A stretch of 64,000 nucleotides of DNA from a bacterium (GCA_027310365.1 DAIDAY010000001.1:4142-68141); one strand, 5' to 3'; positions 19,491 to 29,834 are shown, counted from the stretch's first letter. A program made the numbers and translations. Notes: a model not told the origin generated them from the sequence alone.

Positions 19491-20933
19491 CTCGAGGACA
19501 TCAAAGGAGAAAGGAAACGAAAACTCGACAAATGGGAAGAATTCGCGGAAGGGTATCCGGCCCGCGTGAAGCGGTCCATCACGCTCGGCGAAGCACAGAA
19601 GCGCTTTACGGCGCTCGCGAAATCCAAGAAGAACATGAGCGTCGTGGGGCGCGTTTTTGGTTTGCGCGATCAGGGAGGAATCATCTTTGCCGACGTGCGA
19701 GATATTTCCGGCGCGCTCCAGATCGTTCTCGTGAAAAAGGAAATGGCCGATTTCGGGCGGCTGAAAACCTCGCTCGACATGGGCGATTTCCTTTCGGCGA
19801 CTGGCCATTTCTTCATAACGAAGAAGGGCGAGCGGAGTTTTTTGGCAAAAAAGGCATTGATTATTTCAAAGAGCCTGCGGCCCATTCCGCAGGAATGGTA
19901 CGGCCTCGGCGACATTGAAACAAGATTGAGAAAACGGTATTTGGATTCTCTGGTGAATTCCGCCGTGAGGGATATTTTCGTGAAAAAAAGTCGCTTCTGG
20001 AGGACGGTGAGAGATTTTTTGATCGACGAAGGGTTTTTGGAAGTTGAGAATCCGGTTTTGGAGGCGGTTCCGGGAGGCGCCGAAGCTGAACCATTCACGA
20101 CTCACCACAATGCGCTCAACGAAGATTTCTATTTGAGAATTTCTTTGGAGTTGCCCCTGAAAAAGATGCTCGTCGGTGGATTCGAAAAAATTTTCGAAAT
20201 CGGCCGCATCTTCAGGAACGAAGGAATCGACCGCGAGCACTTGCAGGATTACACGCAGATGGAGTGCTACTGGGCATACGCCGATTACCACGACATGATG
20301 AAGCTCGTGGAGAAGCTTTATAAAAAGCTGGCGAAAGCCGTTATCGGTTCTTTGAAATCGAAAAAGGGAAAGGAAACCATCGATTGGGGCGGAAAATGGA
20401 AGAAAGTCGGATATTTCGACCTCTTCAAGAAATACGCCGGCGTGAATCTTTCGAACGTTTCCACCGAGGATTTGAGGCGAAAGGCGAAAGAATTGAAACT
20501 CGATCTTGATCCAGGCGACAGCAAAGGGAGACTGATTGATCTTATTTACAAGAAAACCGTACGCCCTCATTTGATTCAGCCCTGCTTCCTCGTGAACCCA
20601 CCGGTTGAAATAGAACCGCTCGCGAAGCGCGTTCCCGGTCGTCCGGAGATGGTCGAACGGTTCCAAATCATGGCAGGGGGGACGGAACTGGGAAAGGGAT
20701 TTTCCGAATTGAATGACCCCGTCGATCAAAGGAAAAGATTTGAGGAACAAGTGGCGCTCCGGGAGGGCGGCGACAAAGAAGCGCAAATGATGAATGAAGA
20801 TTTCGTCGAGGCGCTCGAATACGGCATGCCTCCGGCGGCGGGGTTCGGGATGTCCGAGCGGGTTTTCGCAATCATGGTGGATATGGCTATAAGAGAAACC
20901 GTCTACTTTCCGCTCATGAGGAAGGAAAAATAA
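19488..20933 (+). CDS. lysS: lysyl-tRNA synthetase (class II)
   Basis: GGAEAEPF.THHN, YLRIS.EL, FRNEG and YGMPP motifs. Confidence 0.97.
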   Translation: MLEDIKGERKRKLDKWEEFAEGYPARVKRSITLGEAQKRFTALAKSKKNMSVVGRVFGLRDQGGIIFADVRDISGALQIVLVKKEMADFGRLKTSLDMGDFLSATGHFFITKKGERSFLAKKALIISKSLRPIPQEWYGLGDIETRLRKRYLDSLVNSAVRDIFVKKSRFWRTVRDFLIDEGFLEVENPVLEAVPGGAEAEPFTTHHNALNEDFYLRISLELPLKKMLVGGFEKIFEIGRIFRNEGIDREHLQDYTQMECYWAYADYHDMMKLVEKLYKKLAKAVIGSLKSKKGKETIDWGGKWKKVGYFDLFKKYAGVNLSNVSTEDLRRKAKELKLDLDPGDSKGRLIDLIYKKTVRPHLIQPCFLVNPPVEIEPLAKRVPGRPEMVERFQIMAGGTELGKGFSELNDPVDQRKRFEEQVALREGGDKEAQMMNEDFVEALEYGMPPAAGFGMSERVFAIMVDMAIRETVYFPLMRKEK

Positions 20934-21118
20934 GAGGTTGATGCGAAATCTCAAATGATGCCAACAAACTTATGAGCAACATCAAAGAAGTCACCATGAG
21001 CACCATACTTGTATGAAGTGGAGGTATGTAGTCGTATGATAAGTACGGGATGCTCAATGTTACGGCTAAATTTTTTTCGCCATGACATGAGCTCAAGAAT
21101 TTAGACACCATTGACATG
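20931..21118 (+). repeat. Structured intergenic element, copy C (before serS)
   Basis: Aligns with copy B over ~155 nt. Confidence 0.75.
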
Positions 21119-22387
21119 CTTGATATCAATCTCATCAGGACGAATTCCGATAAAGTCAAAGAAGGCGTCCAGAGAAAGAAAATTGATCCGAAGCTCGTCG
21201 ACAAGTTTCTGCGGTTGGACGATGAGTGGAGGATAAAAACCAAAGCGATCGACGAGCTTCTGGCCGAGCAGAACGCGGTGAGTCGCGAGATGAGCAAGAA
21301 CCAAAGCCAGGATCTCTTGAGTAAGGCACAGCTTCTGAAACAACGCATCGGCGACATCGAAGCTGAACGGGATTCCCTTTCTGTTAAACGGGACGATCTT
21401 TTGAATAAGCTGCCCAACCTGCCTTTCGACAACGTACCGGTCGGCAAGGACGAGACGGAAAATAAAGTCCTGAAGAAAGTCGGCGAGAAGAACAATTTCA
21501 AGTTCAAGCCGCAGGATTACCTGACGCTCGGTGAAAAACTGAAAATCATCAACGTGAAAAAAGCGACGGAAATCGCCGGTTCGCGGTTCGGGTACATCAT
21601 GGGAGATGCAGCCCTTTTGGAATTCGCCTTGGTGCAATTGGCCTTCGACATACTCGGCAAAGAAGGATTCCTGCCGGTTGTACCGCCGGTCATGATCACG
21701 CCCGAGGTATACAAAGAAATGGGGCGGTTAGCCGCCGAACAGAAGGAAGACAAATACTTCCTGCCGAAAGACGAGTTGTACCTCGTAGGAAGCGCCGAAC
21801 ATACCGTGGGACCCTTGGGCCGTGGCGAAGTTTTTGAAGAATCATCGCTCCCGCGGCGGTACGCTGGCTTCTCGACGTGTTTTCGAAGAGAAGCGGGTTC
21901 CTACGGGAAAGACACCAAAGGAATTCTGAGGGTCCACCAGTTCGATAAAGTGGAAATGTATTCCTTCGCGAAGCCAGAAGATTCCGAGAAAGAGCATCGG
22001 TTCCTTCTCGGCATGCAGGAGAAGCTCGTCAGCGCTTTGAAATTGCCGTACCGCATCGTGGAAATATGCACCGGCGACATGGGATGGACCGATGCGCGGC
22101 AATTCGACGTCGAGACGTGGCTGCCGGGCCAAGGCGAAAACGGGGAATACCGCGAAACGCACTCCTGTTCCAACACGACTGATTTCCAGACGAGAGGAAT
22201 CAACGCAAAGTACGAGACCAAAGAAGGAAAGAAAGAGTTCTTGCACGCTTTGAATGCCACGGCCTTCGCGATCGGAAGAATGCTCATCGCCATTATCGAA
22301 AACTACCAGACGGAGAAGGGTGAAATCGAGGTTCCGGAAGCCCTGCGGGATTACCTCGGTAAAAACGTCATCAAGAAGCGTTTATAA
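21116..22387 (+). CDS. serS: seryl-tRNA synthetase
   Basis: MLDI..IR, CFRREAG, RVHQFDKVE and SCSN motifs. Confidence 0.97.
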   Translation: MLDINLIRTNSDKVKEGVQRKKIDPKLVDKFLRLDDEWRIKTKAIDELLAEQNAVSREMSKNQSQDLLSKAQLLKQRIGDIEAERDSLSVKRDDLLNKLPNLPFDNVPVGKDETENKVLKKVGEKNNFKFKPQDYLTLGEKLKIINVKKATEIAGSRFGYIMGDAALLEFALVQLAFDILGKEGFLPVVPPVMITPEVYKEMGRLAAEQKEDKYFLPKDELYLVGSAEHTVGPLGRGEVFEESSLPRRYAGFSTCFRREAGSYGKDTKGILRVHQFDKVEMYSFAKPEDSEKEHRFLLGMQEKLVSALKLPYRIVEICTGDMGWTDARQFDVETWLPGQGENGEYRETHSCSNTTDFQTRGINAKYETKEGKKEFLHALNATAFAIGRMLIAIIENYQTEKGEIEVPEALRDYLGKNVIKKRL

Positions 22388-23007
22388 TGAAAAAGGCGCT
22401 GAAGCTGCTTTTCTGGCTCGTCGTTTCCGTGGCAGTCGTTTACTTCGGTTATGAGGCGTACCAGCAATGGCTCGCGCCGGAAAATTTTTCGGTGACGGCC
22501 CAGGATGCGCAAAAGAAAGGAACCGAGATGCTGAATAATGCCAAAAATTCCGTCGTTTCCGGAGCCCAGTCCGTGATAACGAAAAACATTTCCGACCTCG
22601 CAAAGTGGGCTGGTCAGAATTTGTATTTGCTGGCCCAAACCATTTCCGGCACCTCGTCTTCCTCGTCCGTCCCCGGAACGCCGGCGGCTATTCCCATTCA
22701 GCGGTTTTTCGATAACCAAGTGATCGTGGCGCCCGCAGCGACCTCAGGCAATTTCAGCGTTCCGCCTCCGACGGTTTCGATCATAACCGGCATAAATCAG
22801 CAGATATCTTTTTCTTTGGTTTCCGACGGCACATACGAGATACAGTGGGGCGACGGCGTCGTCGAAGACGGTGCCGGCAAAGGATCGGGGAACGTCACGG
22901 TCATTGCTCATAGCTGGACGAAACCGGGCGATTACTCCGTCCAGGTCAAAACGACGAGTTCCAACGGCAATGCTTCTTACTCGTTTCCCATAAGAGTGTT
23001 AAAATGA
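22387..23007 (+). CDS. membrane-anchored protein with C-terminal PKD-like domain
   Basis: N-terminal TM; WGDG..HSWTKPGDYSV. Confidence 0.7.
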   Translation: MKKALKLLFWLVVSVAVVYFGYEAYQQWLAPENFSVTAQDAQKKGTEMLNNAKNSVVSGAQSVITKNISDLAKWAGQNLYLLAQTISGTSSSSSVPGTPAAIPIQRFFDNQVIVAPAATSGNFSVPPPTVSIITGINQQISFSLVSDGTYEIQWGDGVVEDGAGKGSGNVTVIAHSWTKPGDYSVQVKTTSSNGNASYSFPIRVLK

Positions 23008-23023
23008 CAATATCTTATTCCTT

Positions 23024-23833
23024 ATGCGCGATGTTCTCAAGAACTATCAATTTGCGAGTCCGAAGAAGAGCAAAAAGAAGAAATGGAAACTGTGGCTTTC
23101 GATTTCTTCCCTTGCCGTTTGTTTTCTTCTTTTAATCCTTCTCGTGAAGGTCGTGCTTTCGTGGCCGGGATTGAATGTACAGAAATTTGCCGTTACCAAC
23201 GGCTCTCAAATCGAAAACAAGTATATTCTTTCGGCGGTCACCAATCAAATGCTCCAAAGTCGGCTCCGGGCTCTCCTCGGACCGAGGAATATCCTCTTTT
23301 GGGGTCTGGGAGGAAAACCCTCCGAGCCTCAGAATCTGCCCGAGATAGCAAACGTAAGCATTTCAGCCAACCTCTTTGGCAGAAATGTTTCGATTGATGC
23401 CACACCCCGTGTTCCCTTCGGCGTTATTTGCGAATCGACGAGCACGAATTGCTTCGTCTTTGATCAGAAAGGCGTCGTTTTTTCATCCTCTCCCGACGTC
23501 AAGGGGCCGTTGATACTCAAGGTGAACGACATGACGGGCAGGAATATCGTCTTGGGTCAAAATATCCTCCCGGAGAGCGTCTGGCGCGATAATTTCTTCG
23601 GTATCCTCCAATCGCTGAAAAACGCGAGTTTCACCGCAGCGAACATCAGCTTCGACGACTTTTCATCGCGGGAGTGGTCGGTAAATCTCCTGAACGGTCC
23701 CGTGTTTTACTTCAGCTTCGATTCGACGCCCGATAATCTGAGCTACATCCTGGCGAACCTTTCGGCGCGGCTGGATTTTAAGAAAGCAACCTACATCGAC
23801 TTTAGAGTCCCCGGCAGGATCTATTATAAGTAA
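23024..23833 (+). CDS. FtsQ/DivIB-like cell division protein
   Basis: Basic N-terminus, TM, POTRA-like region and C-terminal YIDFR. Confidence 0.75.
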   Translation: MRDVLKNYQFASPKKSKKKKWKLWLSISSLAVCFLLLILLVKVVLSWPGLNVQKFAVTNGSQIENKYILSAVTNQMLQSRLRALLGPRNILFWGLGGKPSEPQNLPEIANVSISANLFGRNVSIDATPRVPFGVICESTSTNCFVFDQKGVVFSSSPDVKGPLILKVNDMTGRNIVLGQNILPESVWRDNFFGILQSLKNASFTAANISFDDFSSREWSVNLLNGPVFYFSFDSTPDNLSYILANLSARLDFKKATYIDFRVPGRIYYK

Positions 23834-23955
23834 TTCTCCATTTTACCATTTCCAATCGATTTACCAACATTCGGAAATTTCCAAATGGTAAATTTAATGG
23901 AAATCAAGAATGGCAAATCGGAAATGAGGTTTATGCTATCATTACTTATAAGTCC

Positions 23956-24756
23956 ATGAATCACAAAGAAGGTTTTTCGTTGGTAGAGTTGCTTATCTAC
24001 ATTGCTCTCTTTGCGGTCATCTCTCTTTTCCTCGTGGGGATTTTAACGACATTCACGAGAATTCAAGTGAGACAAAGCGCAGCGAATGAAATCAATAACC
24101 AAATCAGTTTCGTTTCGAGCGTCGTGAAGGAAATGGTCCAGAATTCCAGTTTAGTTTATTTGCAAGACGGCGTGACAACTTCAACTTTGGATTTGCGGAT
24201 GGCGTCATCTTCAGTTGATCCAACGCTCATCTATGCAAGTGGCACCGCGATCTACTTGCAGCAGGGGAATGCCGCACCGGTCGCGTTGACGAACTCAAAT
24301 GTTACCGTCAACAATTTCTCGGTCACACCGTATAAAAACCCCGGTGGCTCGACCGTAGTCCAAACAAATTTGTCTTTGACCTATAACAATCCGAATCCCG
24401 CGAGCCAGTTCAGTCAATCGTTGCAATTGGCCGTTGCGAGAATCTCTGCCGCCACATTCGATTCGGCATTGTATCCCGCAAGCTCAACCAGTTTGGATGT
24501 CGGGTCAGCAGCGAGTCCGTGGGGGAACGGATGGTTCAATGGCAGTCTCCATGTGTTCAATGCCGACACTGCGAGCAACCAGGGAGAAATTTATGCGGGA
24601 ACGGGGGTTTCGGGTTCGGTCGCCTTGAAAGCGAACGGTAACGTCGGCTTCTATAGCGCGAGTCAAGGTTTGATCCTGAATTCGGGCAGTAACTGCTATC
24701 TTCTGGGGGTGAACGCCTCGGGAACTTTGAGTACGACGCTTGTCAGCTGCCCGTAG
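23956..24756 (+). CDS. type IV pilin-like protein (prepilin N-methylation motif)
   Basis: KEGFSLVELLIYIALF. Confidence 0.88.
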   Translation: MNHKEGFSLVELLIYIALFAVISLFLVGILTTFTRIQVRQSAANEINNQISFVSSVVKEMVQNSSLVYLQDGVTTSTLDLRMASSSVDPTLIYASGTAIYLQQGNAAPVALTNSNVTVNNFSVTPYKNPGGSTVVQTNLSLTYNNPNPASQFSQSLQLAVARISAATFDSALYPASSTSLDVGSAASPWGNGWFNGSLHVFNADTASNQGEIYAGTGVSGSVALKANGNVGFYSASQGLILNSGSNCYLLGVNASGTLSTTLVSCP

Positions 24757-24776
24757 GGGCAACAAAATCAATCCTT

Positions 24777-24799
24777 GCATTCGTAAAGTTTACGAATGC
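24777..24799. promoter_or_regulatory. perfect palindrome overlapping a putative promoter
   Basis: GCATTCGTAAA-G-TTTACGAATGC between TTGCAT and a TGnTAAAA-like -10. Confidence 0.45.
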
Positions 24800-24878
24800 T
24801 AAAACCTATTCGCGCGCACGCTCCTCGCCACCCAACTCGCCATTCGGCGGGGGACTTGGCTCGGCACGCGGCTCGCTC

Positions 24879-25112
24879 ATGGATTTTGACGCATACTCCA
24901 ACATACTCATTCAAGGACACGCCGAAAAAAGTGGTCTTCTTGATTATTGCCAGAAGAATGACGTCTTCCTCGAGAATGTCATCACACTTTCCAAGACAAC
25001 AAGCATCGAGCATCTAAAAATATTCTTCAGAGAACTTCAGGAGAGGGGTGTATGCAAAGGCATGAACAAGTATGAAATCCATGCAATGAATCAGAAAATC
25101 ATTATAGTCTAG
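24879..25112 (+). CDS. small hypothetical protein
   Basis: 77-aa ORF followed by a terminator. Confidence 0.5.
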   Translation: MDFDAYSNILIQGHAEKSGLLDYCQKNDVFLENVITLSKTTSIEHLKIFFRELQERGVCKGMNKYEIHAMNQKIIIV

Positions 25113-25150
25113 AGCCGTCATTGTGAAATATCAGTGACGGCTTTTTGCTT
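25113..25150 (+). terminator. intrinsic terminator
   Basis: AGCCGTCATTG..CAGTGACGGCT followed by a T-tract. Confidence 0.75.
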
Positions 25151-25207
25151 TTCGTTAGCCTTTTAGGAGGATCACTTTTCCCTGAAGAGGGACATCTGAG
25201 TGAATTG

Positions 25208-25359
25208 ATGAATCCCCGAGCGATGAGGAAGGAATAAACAATGTCGCCTGTCTGAATCCCGAGTCTGCCTCAAAATTCAGTAGGTACTGAATTTTGAGGC
25301 AACGAGGTTGAGTTCGATATTTCGTGGCTTTATTCCAACGAAGAGGGAGGGGGATTCAT
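25208..25359 (+). repeat. rod-shaped palindromic element, copy 1
   Basis: Nested inverted repeats; homologous to the reverse complement of 42891-43051. Confidence 0.8.
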
Positions 25360-25410
25360 ATGAATGAAAATTCTCCTGATGAAGGGGAAGGTGGTTCCCG
25401 AAGTCCTCCT

Positions 25411-25445
25411 TTAGCACTTGACAGGTGTGAGTGCTAATATATAAT
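25411..25445 (+). promoter_or_regulatory. CIRCE operator overlapping sigma70 promoter
   Basis: TTAGCACTT-N9-GAGTGCTAA (25411-25437); TTGACA at 25418 and TATAAT at 25440; upstream of hrcA. Confidence 0.93.
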
Positions 25446-25461
25446 TATTCTTAACGCTGAA

Positions 25462-25569
25462 TCCCATGAGAAACCGCAAGCCTACAAAAAAAATGACCAC
25501 CTCCCACGTCGCATTAACCGAACATGACGGGCAATCGCTGATGCAAAAGGCGTTGTGCTTCTAAAGAGA
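25462..25569 (+). repeat. MITE-like element, copy 2 (ends on A of hrcA ATG)
   Basis: TGAA-tcccatgagaaa...cttctaaagaga-TGAA; colinear with 43126-43232. Confidence 0.75.
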
Positions 25570-26261
25570 TGAAAGATCGCAGCAAGGAAATTCTCAAAAC
25601 CGCCGTTGAAGACTATATAAAGACCGGCAAACCCATAACCTCCGAAGGCCTCTACGAAGATCACAATTTCGGCATCAAACCCGCCATGATTCGCTGGGAG
25701 CTGAATGATTTGTCCGAAGAGGGCTATTTCTACCAAACCCATCCTTCCGGCGGCAGGTTTCCCTCAGACAAAGCCTATCGACTCTTCGTGGAAGACTTGG
25801 TCAAAGACGGTTTGAAGGCCCGATGTGCCGATTCCGAATACCGGAGTTCGGTTTTGAAGTTTTTGAAAGGGGAGGTGAATTCTTTTGTGGAAGATGTTTC
25901 GGACGAACTCCGAATGCTTTCCGTAGGATATGAGACACGGAGGAACGAAATGTGGACGAGCGGCCTCTATGAACTTTTGGAGAATTTGGACCTTTTGGAC
26001 AGAGAAGAATTGGTTGACGTGGTGAAAGACGTGGAAATGCTTCCAACGAAGATCAAATCAGGGTTCTGGAGGGACGAAGAAGGTTGGCCGAAGGTTTTCA
26101 TCGGCAAGAATCCCTTCGTGCGGAGCAAGGACGTTGCAGTCATCGCAAATTGCCTCCGGGTCGGAAATGAAAATTTTCTCCTCTTGGCCATCGGGCCGAA
26201 ACGGATGGATTATGCGAAACCACTGGAACTTTTCGAGGTATTAAACAAAGCAGTCGAATGA
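25569..26261 (+). CDS. hrcA: heat-inducible transcription repressor HrcA (short)
   Basis: YIKTGKPITS, QTHPSGGRFPSDKAYR and GPKRMDY motifs; CIRCE upstream. Confidence 0.92.
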   Translation: MKDRSKEILKTAVEDYIKTGKPITSEGLYEDHNFGIKPAMIRWELNDLSEEGYFYQTHPSGGRFPSDKAYRLFVEDLVKDGLKARCADSEYRSSVLKFLKGEVNSFVEDVSDELRMLSVGYETRRNEMWTSGLYELLENLDLLDREELVDVVKDVEMLPTKIKSGFWRDEEGWPKVFIGKNPFVRSKDVAVIANCLRVGNENFLLLAIGPKRMDYAKPLELFEVLNKAVE

Positions 26262-26344
26262 TTTATTTTTTGAATTTCGAGTAAATGACTGAGTTCATAA
26301 ATTCTTAAATTCAATCAAAATTCGAAATGCTGTCATTCAAAATT

Positions 26345-26830
26345 ATGGAGGAAAACATAAAAAAAGGAGAACAAACGCAGGAGGTGAGCAACGTCGAGGA
26401 AATAAAAAAGGAGCGGGACGAGTATTTAGATGGTTGGAAACGTGCGAAGGCGGATCTCATCAACTACAAGAAGGAAGAGATGCACCGCCTGGAATCATTC
26501 ACCAAGTTCTCGAACGAAGCCATAATGCTCGAAATGCTCCAAGTCCTCGACAGTTTTGATCTGGGACTCTCGATCATCAAGGAAGACGATCCGGCAAGGA
26601 AAGGAGTCATTCTCATCCAGAGCCAGATGAAAGACATCATGAAACGGCACGGACTGGAACGGATCGAGGTGAAGAAAGGTGATCAATTGGACACAAATCT
26701 CCATGAAGCGATAGAAGAAGTCAATTCCGATGCCCCTCCGGGGACGGTAAGCGAGGAAGTGACGGCCGGCTATAAGCTTCACGGAAAAACAATACGGCCG
26801 GCAAGAGTAAAAGTGTCGAAGAAACAATGA
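26345..26830 (+). CDS. grpE: nucleotide exchange factor GrpE
   Basis: RAKADLINYKK, HEA and GYKL..IRPARVKV motifs. Confidence 0.95.
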   Translation: MEENIKKGEQTQEVSNVEEIKKERDEYLDGWKRAKADLINYKKEEMHRLESFTKFSNEAIMLEMLQVLDSFDLGLSIIKEDDPARKGVILIQSQMKDIMKRHGLERIEVKKGDQLDTNLHEAIEEVNSDAPPGTVSEEVTAGYKLHGKTIRPARVKVSKKQ

Positions 26831-26848
26831 CAAACAATAAACAAAACC

Positions 26849-28708
26849 ATGAGTAAGATATTAGGCATAGATTTGGGGACGACGAACTCGGCGATGGCCG
26901 TCGTGGAAGGCGGCGAGCCGAAAGTCCTCGAGAATGTGGAAGGTTTGCGGACAACGCCCTCTATCGTCGCGATTTCGAAATCGAACGAGCGCCTGACGGG
27001 CCTTTTGGCCAAACGCCAGGGCGTCGTGAACCCGAAGAACACCATTTTTTCGGTGAAGCGGCTCATCGGTCGGAAATTCACCGATCCGGAGGTCCAGAGG
27101 GACAAGGAATGGCTTTCGTACGACATCAAGGCGTCCGAGACCGGGGGCGTCGACATCAAAATGGGCGATCGATGGTACACGCCGGAAGAAATATCGGCGA
27201 TGGTCTTGCAAAAACTGAAGGCTGATGCCGAAGCGAAACTCGGCGAATCGATCACCGAAGTGGTTATCACCGTTCCGGCGTACTTCGACGACTCTCAGAG
27301 GCAGGCAACCAAGAACGCAGGCGAAATCGCCGGGTTCAAGGTGCGGAGGATTTTGAACGAGCCGACGGCTGCTGCTTTGGCCTATGGCATGAACAAGCAG
27401 AAAAACGAAAGGATCGTCGTTTACGATTTCGGCGGCGGAACCTTCGATATTTCCATCCTCGAAGTCGGCGATGACACCGTCGAGGTAAAAGCGACGGGCG
27501 GCGACACTCATTTGGGTGGAGACGATTTTGACAAGAGGATTATGGAATATCTCGTTTCCGAATACAAGAAACAGGAAGGCATCGACCTTTCGAAAGACAC
27601 CTTGGCGCTCCAGAGATTGAAGGAAGCCGCGGAACGGGCGAAGCACGAACTTTCGACCGTCACGGAAACGGAAATCAATCTACCGTACATCACGTCCGAT
27701 GCCAGTGGGCCGAAGCACTTCCTGATCAAGATGACGCGGGCGAAGCTCGAAGATTTGGTGAAGGATATGATCGATCGCTCGATCCAGCTCGTAAAAGAAG
27801 CGGTTGAATCACCCGCTCCCCGGGGAGCGGGGATGAAACTTTCCGACATCAACGAAATCATCTTGGTCGGCGGCCAAACAAGAATGCCCGCCATGCAGGA
27901 AGCGGTGAAGAAACTCTTCAGCAAAGAACCCAATAAAAACATCAACCCGGATGAAGTCGTGGCGGTAGGCGCCGCGGTTCAGGCCGGCATACTCCAGGGA
28001 GACGTAAAGGATATTTTACTCTTGGATGTAACGCCACTGACCTTGAGCATCGAAACGTACGGCGGTGTTGCAACACCCATGATCCAGAAGAACACGACGG
28101 TGCCGACCGCAAAAACGCAAATCTTCTCGACGGCAGCCGACACCCAAACCTCGGTGGAAATCCATGTCGGTCAGGGAGAACGCCCAATGATGGCGGACAA
28201 CAAGACGCTTGCCCGGTTCATCTTGGATGGCATACCGCCCGCGCCGCGCGGAGTTCCGCAAATCGAAGTAACTTTTGACATCGACGCAAACGGCATTTTA
28301 ACCGCGAAGGCCGTCGACAAAGCGACGAACAAGGAACAATCCGTGAAAATTGAGGCCTCGACAAGCTTAAGCAAAGATGAAATCGAGCGTTTGAAGAAAG
28401 AAGCCGCCGAACACGCGAGCGAAGACCAGAAAAAGAAAGAAATGGCGGAAACGCGGAACCAGGCGGAGATGACGATCTATGCTGCGGAGAAATCCGTGAA
28501 AGATGCCGGCGATAAGATAGGCGAAGACGTCAAGAAAGACATCGCCGAGAAACTCGAAAAGGTGAAAGGATTGAAAGACGGCGCCGACATCGACGGCTTG
28601 AAATCGGCCATGAGCGATCTTTCGACGTCACTCCAGAAAATAGGGGAAACAATGTACAATAGGACAGAAGAACCAAACAATGGAACAGGGACTGCAAATA
28701 GTCAGTGA
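26849..28708 (+). CDS. dnaK: chaperone DnaK
   Basis: [22 protein letters not shown] and NPDEVVA motifs. Confidence 0.98.
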   Translation: MSKILGIDLGTTNSAMAVVEGGEPKVLENVEGLRTTPSIVAISKSNERLTGLLAKRQGVVNPKNTIFSVKRLIGRKFTDPEVQRDKEWLSYDIKASETGGVDIKMGDRWYTPEEISAMVLQKLKADAEAKLGESITEVVITVPAYFDDSQRQATKNAGEIAGFKVRRILNEPTAAALAYGMNKQKNERIVVYDFGGGTFDISILEVGDDTVEVKATGGDTHLGGDDFDKRIMEYLVSEYKKQEGIDLSKDTLALQRLKEAAERAKHELSTVTETEINLPYITSDASGPKHFLIKMTRAKLEDLVKDMIDRSIQLVKEAVESPAPRGAGMKLSDINEIILVGGQTRMPAMQEAVKKLFSKEPNKNINPDEVVAVGAAVQAGILQGDVKDILLLDVTPLTLSIETYGGVATPMIQKNTTVPTAKTQIFSTAADTQTSVEIHVGQGERPMMADNKTLARFILDGIPPAPRGVPQIEVTFDIDANGILTAKAVDKATNKEQSVKIEASTSLSKDEIERLKKEAAEHASEDQKKKEMAETRNQAEMTIYAAEKSVKDAGDKIGEDVKKDIAEKLEKVKGLKDGADIDGLKSAMSDLSTSLQKIGETMYNRTEEPNNGTGTANSQ

Positions 28709-29738
28709 ATCCAAAGAAATCGAAGAAGACAAGAATTGGTGGAAGATCGTTCTCATCGGACTCTTTGATGTCGGAGTGAGCGTTCTCTCGTTTTGGTATC
28801 TAAACCAGTTTCTCAGCGTTGCGGGATTTTCCAACTTTTGGCTCCTCGTTCTGTTTTTCTTCCTTGCTCTCGTCTTCAACATTTTGACCGTCTTTTTGGT
28901 CAAAAGATTGTGGAAAGCGGTTCTCATCGGCTTTCTCGAAATCGCCGTTTCCATCGTATGGTACGCGAAGAACTTCAGCGCAGAGGATCCCAATCTTTCG
29001 CGAATCCTCGTCTTGGGACTTGCGGCGGGATTTTACTTCCTCTTCCTCGGTTTGCGGCGCGGGAACAAGATGATCGAGAATAGTTTGAAAACGAAATTTT
29101 TCGGCACATCAAGACGGATGATACCTATGCTCTCCGCCGGATTTCTTGTCCCATTCATGGTGGTTTTCGGCTTGTACTTCTTCGGCTGGCATGCAGGTTC
29201 TCCCGCGATGGGAAGAGGAATCACCGATGGATTGATCGACGCGATCGTTCCGTTTTCGAGCATCATAACGCCGGGCAATACCGTGAGTCGCGGCGAAAGC
29301 ATGAAAGAACTTTTGAGGAATTTCGCGCTTCAGAAATTGCAGTCGACCAAGATCAGCACAATCGACAAAAGCCAGACGATCAATGTTTCCTACAACAGCC
29401 TCCCTCCCGATTACCAAAAGCAGCTCCTTGACCAGATGACGGGCGAGCTGGAAGCAGGGCTGAAGAGCAAATTCAGCTATTTCGATTCCCGAAAAAGCGT
29501 TGCCGATTTCGCGTACGAAGCGGCATCCGACTATTTTAACAAACTTACCATTGTTTTCGGTTCCTCCGCGCCGGTGCTCCTCGTCGCAGTGCTCTTTTTC
29601 ATCATCAAAGGAACTTTGGTTTTATTCTATTGGCTCATAGAATTCATAGCGTTTGTCGTTTTGAAGATTCTCGTTGTTTTCAATTTCGCGTATCCCAACT
29701 TGGAAACCCGGACAAGGGAATTCTTGCTTCTTTCGTAG
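28680..29738 (+). CDS. hypothetical multi-pass membrane protein
   Basis: 352-aa ORF with several hydrophobic segments between dnaK and dnaJ. Confidence 0.75.
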   Translation: MEQGLQIVSESKEIEEDKNWWKIVLIGLFDVGVSVLSFWYLNQFLSVAGFSNFWLLVLFFFLALVFNILTVFLVKRLWKAVLIGFLEIAVSIVWYAKNFSAEDPNLSRILVLGLAAGFYFLFLGLRRGNKMIENSLKTKFFGTSRRMIPMLSAGFLVPFMVVFGLYFFGWHAGSPAMGRGITDGLIDAIVPFSSIITPGNTVSRGESMKELLRNFALQKLQSTKISTIDKSQTINVSYNSLPPDYQKQLLDQMTGELEAGLKSKFSYFDSRKSVADFAYEAASDYFNKLTIVFGSSAPVLLVAVLFFIIKGTLVLFYWLIEFIAFVVLKILVVFNFAYPNLETRTREFLLLS

Positions 29739-29834
29739 AAAGGGCAAAATGCAAAGCGCAAGATTGAAACGTAAAACTTTTTAGCTTTAAACTTCAATTG
29801 TGAGTTTTAAATTTCGTATCTTCGGTAAAAATTA

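Noticed and set aside
19297-21115. T-box riboswitches before lysS and serS
   Set aside because: No UGGNACC antiterminator bulge or terminator; a copy also precedes rplQ
20914-21117. 67-aa antisense ORF across element C as a small toxin
   Set aside because: The frame is broken in copies A and B; conservation fits RNA pairing better
25171-25394. Hammerhead ribozyme (CTGAAGA and CTGATGA present)
   Set aside because: No correctly placed GAAA/UH three-way junction; both motifs lie outside the part shared with copy 2
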